Virus record (IMG/VR): IMGVR_UViG_3300008012_000033
Coordinates: 1-55,807 of that record
Length of the DNA: 55,807 nucleotides
Source of the DNA: a virus
Taxonomy: Duplodnaviria > Caudoviricetes
Strand: one strand, 5' to 3'
Each line of letters starts with the position of its first letter. Position 1 is the stretch's first letter. Below the pieces are notes generated by a model. The model ran no database searches, had not been told where the DNA came from, and saw only the letters and a list, made by a program, of their open reading frames with translations. The position numbers and the translations under genes were made by a program. Below, piece by piece: positions 36,701-47,100 of the stretch.

Positions 36701-37261
36701 TTGGCTTTCAAGACGATCATACAACCCGTAGTTGTTTCAACAGGAACGTACAGCGACAACCAGATATTCTTTGAAGCTGTCGAGTTGCAGCTTCCTGCAC
36801 AAAGTGTTCGCTTGGTAAGTGGGTTCTTCCTTGTAGACAGCGCAGACACTGCGGACTTGACCAACGATGAATGTGCAATCCACTTCTTTCAAAAAACGGC
36901 TACCTCCGACAAAACCTATTTTGGTGCGGCAGGGAGTAGCGTGAGTGGCACGGCAAACTTTCCTAATCAAACAGGAAGAAAAGAGATGGGCTGGATGGCG
37001 TCCTTGCAGATCAGCAACAAAGAAGTCGAGGGGGTGAATTCAAATCAGATAGGCTTCCACTCTCCACAAGTGTATCACATCGCACACATTGGGGAGCAGG
37101 CTGTAGACGGGTCAGAGTTTCCCTTGATGGAGGACACCACGGTGACCAGCATCAACCCTGGACACACCGTCTTTATGGTGGGCACGATTGATGGCATTTC
37201 CACATCTCCTTCCTTTCCCGCCGCAGATGATTGCAGATTGATTTTAACATTTGAATACTAA
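36701..37261 (+). CDS. Paralogue array member 5 (TTG start)
   Basis: Same motif series. Confidence 0.8.
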   Translation: MAFKTIIQPVVVSTGTYSDNQIFFEAVELQLPAQSVRLVSGFFLVDSADTADLTNDECAIHFFQKTATSDKTYFGAAGSSVSGTANFPNQTGRKEMGWMASLQISNKEVEGVNSNQIGFHSPQVYHIAHIGEQAVDGSEFPLMEDTTVTSINPGHTVFMVGTIDGISTSPSFPAADDCRLILTFEY

Positions 37262-37276
37262 TAAAAATTTACAGAT

Positions 37277-38335
37277 ATGAGTAAAGAAGTAGAAGAAGCA
37301 TTGGGACAGGCGGGGTTCGCCATCAGCGACACCCCTCCCACGCCCGATACCCAGGCCGAACCGCAACAAGAGGTTCAGCCAGAAGTAGAGGCCGCACCAG
37401 TCGAAGCTCAGCCACAAGCTGAGCCAGAGACTGTACAGCAGCCCGTAAATGAGGATACGACGTCCGAAGAGATCGATGTCGATGCTGAAGTGTTGTCCTT
37501 CCTAAGCGAAAGGCTAGGGAGGAGCTTCGACAGCTACGACGACATCTCGGAGGCGCTATCATATACACCCGTAGAAATTGATGAGCGTGTTAGTGCGATC
37601 AACAAGTTCGTTCTCGAAACGGGGCGGTCACCAGAAGACTGGTACAAATATCAATCGCTCGACCCATCCGAAATGGATGACATGTCAGTGATGAGACTCC
37701 AGATGACTGCCGACCACCCAAGCCTTTCATCAGAAGAGGTCAATCTTTTGATTGGAAGGAAGTACAAACTCGATGAGGATGTACACACTGAGGACGAGAT
37801 TCGTTTGTCTAAGCTAGAGCTCAAGATGGATGCGGAAAAGGCGAAGAGACAGATTGGCGATTTAAGAGATTCTTATATGGCCCCTGATGTCTCTCGTGAC
37901 GACGTCGGTTCCCCTATCGACGACGAGTGGATAAACACGATGCAGAGAACGACCAACGAGTTTGGTTATCTGGAGTTCGAACTCCCTGGCACGGACGAAA
38001 CGTTCAAGTTCGGGGTGGATGACGACTACAGGGCTCAGCTAGTAAACAGAAACTCGAACATCGAAAACTATTTCGACGACTACATTGGAGAGGATGGCTC
38101 GTGGGACTTTTTCAAGCTCAACGCTCACAGGGCGTTGATCGACAACGCAGACAGCATCATCTCTTCCATCTACAACCAAGGGTTGAGCGATGGCAAGAGA
38201 GGTGTAGTGCAGACGGCAGCAAATGTTGACGCCTCACGACCAGACGTTGGAACACAGTCAGACTCGAATACACAGTTGTCGGAACAGCTTTTGAAAGCAC
38301 TCGGAGGTGGGGGAGGAATGACGTTTAATGTCTAA
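37277..38335 (+). CDS. Putative capsid scaffolding protein
   Basis: Very acidic, E/P/Q-rich N-terminus, immediately upstream of the capsid gene. Confidence 0.68.
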   Translation: MSKEVEEALGQAGFAISDTPPTPDTQAEPQQEVQPEVEAAPVEAQPQAEPETVQQPVNEDTTSEEIDVDAEVLSFLSERLGRSFDSYDDISEALSYTPVEIDERVSAINKFVLETGRSPEDWYKYQSLDPSEMDDMSVMRLQMTADHPSLSSEEVNLLIGRKYKLDEDVHTEDEIRLSKLELKMDAEKAKRQIGDLRDSYMAPDVSRDDVGSPIDDEWINTMQRTTNEFGYLEFELPGTDETFKFGVDDDYRAQLVNRNSNIENYFDDYIGEDGSWDFFKLNAHRALIDNADSIISSIYNQGLSDGKRGVVQTAANVDASRPDVGTQSDSNTQLSEQLLKALGGGGGMTFNV

Positions 38336-38354
38336 TTCTTTTATCTAAACAAAA

Positions 38355-39878
38355 ATGGCTATTTCACAAAGTACAGGTACGTTTGGTAGTGCTCCTAAGG
38401 GCATTAGCGACAACCTTTACACCCTTTCAGACCCAACGAAGTACACTTCGTTGTACGACTTCATTAAGGAGGTCAACGCCCCAGACGTTCGTGCCCAGCT
38501 CACTAAAACTTTCGGAGCTCAGGGTATTTCTGGATTTTTGCAAATGACAGGCGCTATCAAGAACAACGGCACCGCTGACAGCGTGCAGTTCTTCGAGGAA
38601 GCACGCTTGCACCAAGTTCAAAGAGCTACTGTTGTAAGCTCTTTGGAGGACGACAACTCCACCACCGACTCCAGTGGTGCTTTGGGTGATATCACTGGTG
38701 GTGTCACTTTCGGCACTGTGGTTGCTGCTGATGCATCAGGGTTTTCTGACGGATCGAGTGTTCAGCTCATCGTTCGTGAAGGTGATATCATTTTGGTTAA
38801 CGGTGTGGATCGTATGATCGTTGTGGGTTCAAATGCAGCAGGTGCAGCAATTACCTCTTCATCTACAACCTTCCACGCTAAGCCTATCGTCGGCGGTACA
38901 GCTACTGTGACCATCACAGTGGCTGATGTTTTGGATATGCCGATCATTGGTAACATGTTCAACCAGGGCACTGACCAGCCCACTCGCTTCATCGAGTCTA
39001 ACGTAGTGAAGAGAACCAACCCTTACGCCATCGTCAAGGAGTCGTATGAGGTGTCTGGTTCACAGGCCACCAACATTGGCTACATCGATGTGGGCGGTGG
39101 TGACTATCGTTACTACGTGAAGGGCGAGATGGACACCCGTCAGCGCTTCATGGACAAGCGTGAAATGATCATGCTCTTGGGCCAAAAGGCTACCAACAGC
39201 GACGCTGATGCTGGATTGCCTAAGGTTAACTCTGGTGGCTTTGATGCAAATGTCGAGGGTACTGAGGGTTACCTCTCAGCATTGGAAGACAGAGGTATCG
39301 TGAGCAGCACCTTGATTGGTCAAGCTGGTTTGTCCGATCTCGATCTCTTGATCAGAGAGCTCGACAAGAACGGTGCACCTGCTGAATACGCTGTGTACTC
39401 TAACACCCAGCAAGACTTGTTGCTCGACGACATGATTGGTGGTGCAGGTGCAGGCGGTAACGTGACTGCTGGTGTGGCTTCAAGCTACGGAGCGTTCAAC
39501 AACGACAGAGACATGGCTTTGAACCTCGGTTTCAAGTCTTACTCTCGTGGTGGATACACTTTCCACAAGAACAGCTTCAAGCTCTTGAACGATCCCACCT
39601 TGCTCGGAAACACTGACGTGGCGAACAGATTGTGCGCTGGTGTCATGATTCCTTTGGCTAACGTGGTGGATCCACGCTCAGGTGAGAGAGCTCCCTCTTT
39701 GGAGATGAACTACAAAGCTGCTGGAGGATACTCTCGTGAGATGGAGCACTGGGTAACTGGCGGTGGCGTCCTTGGTTTCACCAACGACACACAAGACGTT
39801 GCTAAGTTCCACTACCGTTCTGAGTGTTGCCTCGTGACTAGAGCTGCTAACCAGCACGTTCTGATCCAAGGTTCCTAA
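38355..39878 (+). CDS. Major capsid protein
   Basis: GISGFL, EEARLH, VSGSQATNIG, GTEG, LNLGF..RGGY.FHK, YRSE; follows scaffold. Confidence 0.85.
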   Translation: MAISQSTGTFGSAPKGISDNLYTLSDPTKYTSLYDFIKEVNAPDVRAQLTKTFGAQGISGFLQMTGAIKNNGTADSVQFFEEARLHQVQRATVVSSLEDDNSTTDSSGALGDITGGVTFGTVVAADASGFSDGSSVQLIVREGDIILVNGVDRMIVVGSNAAGAAITSSSTTFHAKPIVGGTATVTITVADVLDMPIIGNMFNQGTDQPTRFIESNVVKRTNPYAIVKESYEVSGSQATNIGYIDVGGGDYRYYVKGEMDTRQRFMDKREMIMLLGQKATNSDADAGLPKVNSGGFDANVEGTEGYLSALEDRGIVSSTLIGQAGLSDLDLLIRELDKNGAPAEYAVYSNTQQDLLLDDMIGGAGAGGNVTAGVASSYGAFNNDRDMALNLGFKSYSRGGYTFHKNSFKLLNDPTLLGNTDVANRLCAGVMIPLANVVDPRSGERAPSLEMNYKAAGGYSREMEHWVTGGGVLGFTNDTQDVAKFHYRSECCLVTRAANQHVLIQGS

Positions 39879-39904
39879 TCATTAACTGAAAGAATCTAGA
39901 AATC

Positions 39905-40243
39905 ATGGAAAGATTTTTATACTTCATGGAGGCGGCAAGCGGACCATTTGACACCCTTGACGATGGCGTGTGCTATCCCGTTTCCCGCTTTGCAGGATTT
40001 GGTAGCATTGACTCTACATCGTTGGGTCTTTACTTCCGACCTATGAAAGATGATGCAGGAGCAACCTTCGACAAGGTTGACTTGACTGTCACCTCGGATA
40101 AGCACAAGGCGGTTATTGAGGCTATCGTGGACGCTATGTCTTATTCAAAAGATCCGTTCATTATTGTGTGTGATGAAAACGAAAGCGTGTTTATCCATCC
40201 CGATGTGACCGCATGTGTTAACACTATTACTGCCGCAAATTAA
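39905..40243 (+). CDS. Putative capsid accessory protein, paralogue A
   Basis: FLYF...K.V.EAI.DA...SK.PFI.V.DE...F.H.D.TAC. Confidence 0.7.
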   Translation: MERFLYFMEAASGPFDTLDDGVCYPVSRFAGFGSIDSTSLGLYFRPMKDDAGATFDKVDLTVTSDKHKAVIEAIVDAMSYSKDPFIIVCDENESVFIHPDVTACVNTITAAN

Positions 40244-40260
40244 CAGGCAATCTAATTTGG

Positions 40261-40299
40261 AAAGGGGGAGAGAATGGCTCTCCCCACTTTCTCTTTTTT
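40261..40299 (+). terminator. Rho-independent terminator
   Basis: ggggagag-aatgg-ctctcccc stem followed by T-rich tract. Confidence 0.72.
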
Positions 40300-40348
40300 A
40301 CATTAACAGTTAGGTGAGGACAAGCCTCAGCTACAAGAAATAACTACG

Positions 40349-40663
40349 ATGTTTAAATATTTATACTTTGCAAACAGCCTAAGTGACGCTGCTTGTATGC
40401 CTACTGATTTGCTTAGAGCGATGAAGGCTGACTCCGATGCCGACGGTATTACTCTTGAGTTCAAGGATGTCAAAGACGGAATTGGAAACGAGGTGACCGT
40501 GAAAATCACCACCACTCAAAACAAAAACAAAAAGGTTATGGATGCTATAACTGATGCTATCAGAACCAGCAAAAGACCTTTTATTGTTATTGCGGATGAG
40601 ATAAACAATGAGTTTCTTCATCGAGACATTACGGCGTGCGAAACCTCCCTCAGCATTCTATAA
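40349..40663 (+). CDS. Putative capsid accessory protein, paralogue B
   Basis: YLYF...KKVMDAITDAIRTSKRPFIVIADE...FLHRDITAC. Confidence 0.7.
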   Translation: MFKYLYFANSLSDAACMPTDLLRAMKADSDADGITLEFKDVKDGIGNEVTVKITTTQNKNKKVMDAITDAIRTSKRPFIVIADEINNEFLHRDITACETSLSIL

Positions 40664-40671
40664 TAGAAATC

Positions 40672-41583
40672 ATGGATCCAAACAAAAAATTCTTATACTT
40701 CAACGCTGATGGTGCTGCTCTTAGTGGGCCTACCGAAGCCAGCGCCACCACGGTTCCTGTATCAGCCTCCGCTGGAATGGAGGTCACGAATGCTAGTACA
40801 TTGAAAATGATCTTCAAGGAGTCAGTGGAGACTGACACCCTTGATGTGACCATGTCTCGCACCGCCGATTCTGATCCTAGGGAGATCATGGAGAGTATCG
40901 TAAATCAGATCAACTACTCCAGAGAGCCTACTCTAGTTATAGGAGATAACTCTACTGGAGAGTACGCTGACCATAGGCTGAGCAACGTCTCTATAACTTT
41001 TGCAGATCACGGGACCATTAAGCTTCACGGGCCTGTCCAGTCTACTATTACTAGTGCAAATGCCGCAGGTGCAGGGGCCCCTGGGAGATCGAGCAATGTT
41101 GGAATGTACAATGGTGAGATCATCACGACAATTTTTGTTGATCTAGCTACAAGCGGAAAGACTTGCACTGCTTCGGCAACAGCAGACCATGCCATTGGTG
41201 TGACAGGAGGAGGTGCCGCTTACATCACCCAGGTGACACAAGCAGTTAATGGTATTGTATACGCCGCTGAGCTTATCTGTTTGGAGGCTCCGCTTGGCGC
41301 CAGCACCACCGTTGGACTCTCATCATCAAGCACCGCTTCCGTGACCCAAGGTGCAGACGCCACAGGCAATGAGAAGATTACGGAAGCGGTTCAGTCAGTC
41401 GGCGACAGGACTCAACTCAACCTCGCTGATGCGGCTAACAACCCAGTTCACAATGCTGGGATCACTGATACGGAATACTTATATCTGTATCATGGCGGTG
41501 GCGCCGCAGGCGATTACACCGCAGGAAGGTTTCTTATTAGACTTTACGGTGCCAACCCTGATGGTTTGGAGTACAATGACTAA
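40672..41583 (+). CDS. Paralogue C with extra C-terminal beta domain (start ATG 40672)
   Basis: FLYF...REIMESIVNQINYSREPTLVIGD then IITTIFVDL...YTAGRFLIRLYG. Confidence 0.7.
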   Translation: MDPNKKFLYFNADGAALSGPTEASATTVPVSASAGMEVTNASTLKMIFKESVETDTLDVTMSRTADSDPREIMESIVNQINYSREPTLVIGDNSTGEYADHRLSNVSITFADHGTIKLHGPVQSTITSANAAGAGAPGRSSNVGMYNGEIITTIFVDLATSGKTCTASATADHAIGVTGGGAAYITQVTQAVNGIVYAAELICLEAPLGASTTVGLSSSSTASVTQGADATGNEKITEAVQSVGDRTQLNLADAANNPVHNAGITDTEYLYLYHGGGAAGDYTAGRFLIRLYGANPDGLEYND

Positions 41584-41600
41584 ACAATAAAGAAAACTGT

Positions 41601-41632
41601 GAAAAGGGCTCCTTCGGGAGCCTTTTTCTTTT
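41601..41632 (+). terminator. Rho-independent terminator with cUUCGg loop
   Basis: aaaagggctcc-ttcg-ggagccttttt. Confidence 0.88.
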
Positions 41633-41636
41633 GCCT

Positions 41637-41644
41637 TATATTTG
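41637..41644 (+). promoter_or_regulatory. TATATTTG -7 element
   Basis: Directly after terminator, 24 nt before ATG 41669. Confidence 0.6.
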
Positions 41645-41668
41645 TTTCAGTTAAATACATTATTCAAT

Positions 41669-42520
41669 ATGACACAGGATCAACCAGCGGCTAAGCGTGG
41701 CCGTCCCGTAACACGCAAGAAGACAGAGGCTCCCGAGGCACCCACGGCAAAGAAGCCTGTAGCTAAGAAGAGAACTGTCAAAAGAAATCTTCCTGACTTT
41801 CAAAAAGTGCCCAAGCTTTTTGAAACAATCAATGGTAGAGGCGGCATCTTCTTAAAGATTAAAAGCGACGGCGTCAACATCTTTGACGAAGAGACTGGAG
41901 CAGTTCGACAAATTAGATATTGCCCAGGAGAGCAGTCTATCTACGTTGATGAGCAATCTGAAAACGCTGTTAAAGAGCATGTTGTGTTTCGAAACAAGAT
42001 TCTTACAGTTCGTTACGATCAGCCAAACTTGTTAGAGTTTTTGACAAAACACCCTGAAAATAAAGCTAACGGAGGAGGCGTGTTTCAACTGGCCAACAAA
42101 GAAATCGATGTTGAAAAGGAGGTAGAAAAGGATTTCCTTATTACCGATGCAATCTCCATGATCAAGGCACGTCCTATCGATGAGCTTTTACCCGTGGCTA
42201 TGGCGTTGAATATCAACACCAATCAAAAAGATTTGCAGCTCAAGAGAGCTTTGGTGCAATACGCCAAGAAGAATCCAACGAAGTTCATGGGTATGTTTGA
42301 CAACCCTATGGTGCATGCAAGAACGACAGTGATGCAGGCTATGGACTTCCAGATTGTAACGCAGAAGGGTGGCGCCATCGTATGGGCCGATACAGGAAAG
42401 ATGATCCTGTCCGTGCCTGTCGGTCAGGACGCCGTCGATACGCTCACACGTTTTGTGATGACGGACAAGGGCGCCTCAGTGCTCTCAGAGATTGACAGGC
42501 AGCTCGAAGCAATCGCCTAA
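41669..42520 (+). CDS. Morphogenesis-region protein of unknown function (start ATG 41669)
   Basis: FDEETG..RQIRY...QSIYVDEQ; lies between capsid and ring genes. Confidence 0.75.
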   Translation: MTQDQPAAKRGRPVTRKKTEAPEAPTAKKPVAKKRTVKRNLPDFQKVPKLFETINGRGGIFLKIKSDGVNIFDEETGAVRQIRYCPGEQSIYVDEQSENAVKEHVVFRNKILTVRYDQPNLLEFLTKHPENKANGGGVFQLANKEIDVEKEVEKDFLITDAISMIKARPIDELLPVAMALNINTNQKDLQLKRALVQYAKKNPTKFMGMFDNPMVHARTTVMQAMDFQIVTQKGGAIVWADTGKMILSVPVGQDAVDTLTRFVMTDKGASVLSEIDRQLEAIA

Positions 42521-42540
42521 GGTTTTGGTACGTCTCAAGT

Positions 42541-42565
42541 GAAAAGGGCCTTCGGGCCCTTTTTC
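42541..42565 (+). terminator. Rho-independent terminator with cUUCGg loop
   Basis: gaaaagggcc-ttcg-ggccctttttc. Confidence 0.88.
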
Positions 42566-42566
42566 T

Positions 42567-42574
42567 TATATTTG
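42567..42574 (+). promoter_or_regulatory. TATATTTG -7 element
   Basis: Directly after terminator, 21 nt before ATG 42596. Confidence 0.6.
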
Positions 42575-42595
42575 CTATATTGATATAACTACGAT

Positions 42596-43324
42596 ATGGC
42601 AAGCGTAAGAGAGGTATACAACGCACTTAACGATCTGGCAAATAAAGATGAACGTGGGTTTGTAACACCGACAGAGTTCAACTCTTTTGCGCCCATCGCT
42701 CAGATGAACATCTTCAACAAGCTGTTCGACGAGTTGACCGCAGCAGAGAATATGCGGCGTCGCAACATCGACCCTGCCCGAGACAAGTCTCGCATCAAGC
42801 AGATCAAAGAGGACTTGGGTGTCTTTTCTAAGACAACAACGATTACAAAAAGCAGCGGTGTCTTTGCCAGACCTGATGACTTCGCCCGTCTTATCAACGT
42901 CAAGACAGGCGGAGATATTTTGTTGGGTGTAAACAACAGCGTCATGGCTGACGTGATCTACGACGAAGAGAAGCTAGACAGAGTTCTTTTGAGCACTCTG
43001 TCAGCTCCCACTGTTTCACGGCCAGTGGTGTTGATGAGCGATGATTTCGAGGTGTTCCCTACCTCTGTCTCTAAGATCAAGGTGCGCTACTACAAGCAGC
43101 CTGAGGGCTTGGACCCCACGTCCAATGCCCGCACTGTCTCTTTGCCTAAGTTTGGATTTGACACCCTGAATGGCAAAGAGTCTTATGTGCCTGGGGAGTC
43201 TGTGGACTTTGAACTTCCTGAGCACTACACCTCGGAGTTGGTCTTTGAGATGGGCAAGCTTGTCGGTGTGAATCTGCGTGACGCTGACGTATACAACTAC
43301 TCCAACGCTGAGTCCCAAAAGTGA
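42596..43324 (+). CDS. Head-tail adaptor / tail ring protein (crAss-like)
   Basis: LANKDERGFVTPTEFN..AQ..IF, Y.KQP, DFELP. Confidence 0.68.
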   Translation: MASVREVYNALNDLANKDERGFVTPTEFNSFAPIAQMNIFNKLFDELTAAENMRRRNIDPARDKSRIKQIKEDLGVFSKTTTITKSSGVFARPDDFARLINVKTGGDILLGVNNSVMADVIYDEEKLDRVLLSTLSAPTVSRPVVLMSDDFEVFPTSVSKIKVRYYKQPEGLDPTSNARTVSLPKFGFDTLNGKESYVPGESVDFELPEHYTSELVFEMGKLVGVNLRDADVYNYSNAESQK

Positions 43325-43331
43325 TAGATAG

Positions 43332-44141
43332 ATGGCAAGAAACTTAGTTACAGTAGCAGAGGTCGTCAACGACTACATCCTCACCTTAGAAGGTGATGAT
43401 TACGCCAACAATGCGTCGGATACGCTGATCCACAATTACGCCTTGCGGGGCATTAGAGAGATGGGCTTCGATGTGTTGCAGCGTGTGCGCTCTGTCAAGC
43501 TGTCGGCGGGAGCCAACAACACGGTGGAGTTGCCTGACGATTTTGTAGACCTCATCAAGATCGGCATCGTAGGACAGGACGGCTTGGTTCACGTCTTCGG
43601 CGAAAACAAGAACATCAACTACTCACAGAAGTACAAGACCGACACCGCAGGCAATGTCATTGACAGTGACAGCGACGGAGTGAATGACAGGGAAGATGCC
43701 AAGACAGGATTCTCTACAGGCGGTGTGTTTGGTGCTGACGACTTCATTGTCTTCTCGAACTACATCTACCAGAACAACATCGGTCAGATCTACGGTTTGG
43801 GTGGCGGCTTCTACGAGGGTGAGTACAGACTCAACCTCGACCAAAACAGGATTGAGCTTGCTGTCAACAGCGGCGTGTCGGAAGTGGTGATTGAATACAT
43901 CGCTGACGAAGCACGGTCTTCGAATCCTACCATCCATGTGCAGGCAGAGGAGGCTTTGCGATGCTTCATCTACTACAAGATCATTGAGCGTAAGAGCAGC
44001 GTCCCAGCTATGGAGAAGGGGCGGGCACGTCAAGAGTATTACAACGAGAGACGTAAGGCCAACGCCCGACTCAAAGCGTTCAGCAAAGAGGAGGCGTTGA
44101 AGACCATCCGTAAGAACTTCAAGCAAGCACCCAAATACTGA
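43332..44141 (+). CDS. Tail tubular / ring protein
   Basis: RGIREMGFD, LPDDFV, IEYI.D, AEEAL..FI. Confidence 0.68.
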   Translation: MARNLVTVAEVVNDYILTLEGDDYANNASDTLIHNYALRGIREMGFDVLQRVRSVKLSAGANNTVELPDDFVDLIKIGIVGQDGLVHVFGENKNINYSQKYKTDTAGNVIDSDSDGVNDREDAKTGFSTGGVFGADDFIVFSNYIYQNNIGQIYGLGGGFYEGEYRLNLDQNRIELAVNSGVSEVVIEYIADEARSSNPTIHVQAEEALRCFIYYKIIERKSSVPAMEKGRARQEYYNERRKANARLKAFSKEEALKTIRKNFKQAPKY

Positions 44142-47100
44142 TGGCTATTGACAAGCTTATCCCTCAGTACCTCAACAAAGATGAAGACCCAAGGCTTCTG
44201 AAGGAGGTGGAGATGTCGAACGCCCTCAACATCAGAGTCTCTACAGGCGATGATGGAAACCAGGGCGTGCTTAAAAACGTCGAGGGTAATACTGCGATTG
44301 CTTCGGCCAGCTCCTCGGACACCATCCCTGGCTCTGGCAATAACAGAGTCGTAGGCGCTGTGTCATCGGAGGCAGGTAATTGCATCTATTTCTTTTTGTA
44401 CAACGCCAATGGCACTCACGGTATCTACCAATACCGTCATAACACAGACAAGTACCACAAGGTTTTAGAAGGTTCTTTTTTGAATTTTCATCCTGAGAGG
44501 TTCGTCAAGGCTGACGTGGTGATCAATCAGTTTGGTGACCACCTGTTGTATTTCACAGACAGCAGGAACGAGCCCAGGAAGATCAACGCTACCAGGGCGT
44601 TGACCAGTGGCTACGGCCCTCTGCTTACCTCGGGCACCGATGCTCAAAAAGAACTGTTTGTGTCCGTGTGCAAGCAACCGCCACAGACACCCATCACATT
44701 TAGTTTTGTTGACGATCCTGACATCAAGTTCAACAACCTGCAAAACAACTGCTTTCAGTTTGCCTATCAGTATGTCTATGACGACGGTGAGCTTAGCGCC
44801 CTGTCGCCATACTCTGAGCTCGCTGTCAGCACCACAAACAGAGCCTTCAATGCGCCAGCGCAAAACTTCTTGCGTGACAGAAACAACAAACTGCTCTTGG
44901 AGATGCAGGGCAGCGATGGCCCTGTAGAAAAGCTAAGAGTCTTTGTGCGCAGAAACAACGACCAGGCTTTCTATCGTATCGCTGAGATCCCGCACAGACC
45001 CAGCACTGAAAACGGATTGGCGTTTGCGAACGACGGGGTGTACACGGTGTTGCCAGATCAGGAGGCTTTCAAGATGTTTGATGCTGTCCCTCGCAATGCT
45101 TTTGCGCAGGCCATCAGCAACAACAGGCTTTTCTATGGCAACTACCTAGAAGGGTTTGATAACTTAGATCGGGTGAAGGTAGGGGCCACCCCTATCTACC
45201 ACCCTGAGCCAGACAACTTCAATCTGCCAGGATCGGACAGGGGCTTACAGACGTCTACTACACTAGATATCAACACGTATCCAGGACTGAGGTTTTTCCC
45301 AGGAACAGGAAGTTTTGTTACTAACAATGAGAAGTTCCGTCATGCTCTGGGCGAAGCTCCGATAGGGCAAAACCTCGTTGATGCCAGTGACGAAAACCCC
45401 AGGCTGGTGTCTTTCAACGCCAACGGTGACATTGCGCAAAGTGGGTTTTCTGTTGATGTGTCTGAATTAAGTGACTTTACATCTGTTGAGGCTGGTGTTT
45501 TGAACATCGACCTCACGATAGATTACTCTACCCTTGGCATTGCGTCGTTTGGTGGCGAAGACATGCTTTTTGATCACACCATCACATTTTCAGATGGTGT
45601 TGCAGCCAATGGAGACGCCATCACCCCAAATTCTTTGGCCGTTGACAACCAACTTTTGGATCTCCCACCAACTGAAATAAGAGGTTTCTTGCTGAAACCT
45701 ATTGGATATAATGCTGGCGGGGAATCACCACAGATCGATCAGAGGTCGTTGACGTTTGATCAAGCAGGAGGATCGCAACCTCTAAATTTCAATTCAAGCT
45801 CGAGCATACAGGGTATCGATGCAGAATCTAACCTCACTGTTCAAGAGCAGTTTGCAGACAAGATCATTGAGATTCTTAATGGACAACAGACCTCTGTTTT
45901 TGTGAGAACTCGAAGCAAGAAAACACGCTTCAGCACAGGAACAGTGAGTGGCCTTGGCGCTCCCGCCCCATCAGATTTTTTGCTAGATCTTGATGGTACT
46001 GTGACATTTATGGTCTTTGGCGGCGTATACAATGAATCAACACAAACAGTAGACTTTAGATTGCGTGTAGAAAAAGTCGACTTGAATATCACGGGTGTCG
46101 ATGCGCAGTTTGATGTGGCGTCTGGCACTAGCGGTATCTCTGGAAATGTCATTTACAATCAGCTCCAGTTAGATCCATCAAGTATTGGTGGTCCGAGCTT
46201 TACCAACTCTGCGGGCAGGACAATTAAAGACTTCAGAGATGAGCAATCAAATGGTACACTAGTAAAGGCGATCAATCACGTTTTCAAAGGATTCAACGTC
46301 ATCTCAAACATCGACTATGTGTCTGAGGGTCAGTCGATATCTTTCAAGGCGGGCGCTACCCATGAATTTGGCATTGTCTATTTCGACCACAGAAATAGAC
46401 ATGGAGGCGTACAAAAAATTGATTCTGTTGACGTCGTTCATTTTGGCGACGTAGATAGAAACGGCAATGAAGGGAGGACAGAGGTTGATTTGAGGTTTAC
46501 CCACGAGCCACCATATTGGGCAACCAAGTACGCTCCTGTGTATTCTAAAAACACGAGCTACGAAAAGATCTTGCAGATCTCTGTTTTGGAGGCAGGCTTG
46601 CCACGGACAGAAACTTATGCCGATCCTCTGAGTGATTCAGGTGGAGTTACCAGACCGATCATCGATGCTTTGGGCACGAGTTCTGGCAGTGACCCTGACG
46701 GCCTTATCTATCTGTCTATGCGTTCCTTAGAGGGCAAGACCAACTCGTACAATGAATCTAAGGGCGCCAACTTAGAGTACGAATACCAAGAGGGTGATGT
46801 TCTGCGTGTGCTCAGATACAAGGACTCAGACGGCAATACGGTTCGACCTATGCATGAGTTCAAGATCAGCTCATACAAGAGGTACATAGACAACGAGGAG
46901 AACCCTATCAAATTGTATGCGAACAGTGATCAACCATCTGACACGACATATCGCAGAACAGGGTTCTTCCTTGGCATACGAGATCAGGACATCCCTGGGT
47001 TCAATAAGCTGGATGTAGCTGCGGGGTTAGATTTTTTCACCAACGATTGCGTTGTAGAAATCTTTCGACCCAAGCTACGGGTGGAGAATCAGGTTTTTCA

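Noticed and set aside
34387-37261. Diversity-generating retroelement or shufflon behind the paralogue array
   Set aside because: No reverse transcriptase or recombinase seen, no near-identical template/variable repeat pair, no inverted crossover sites
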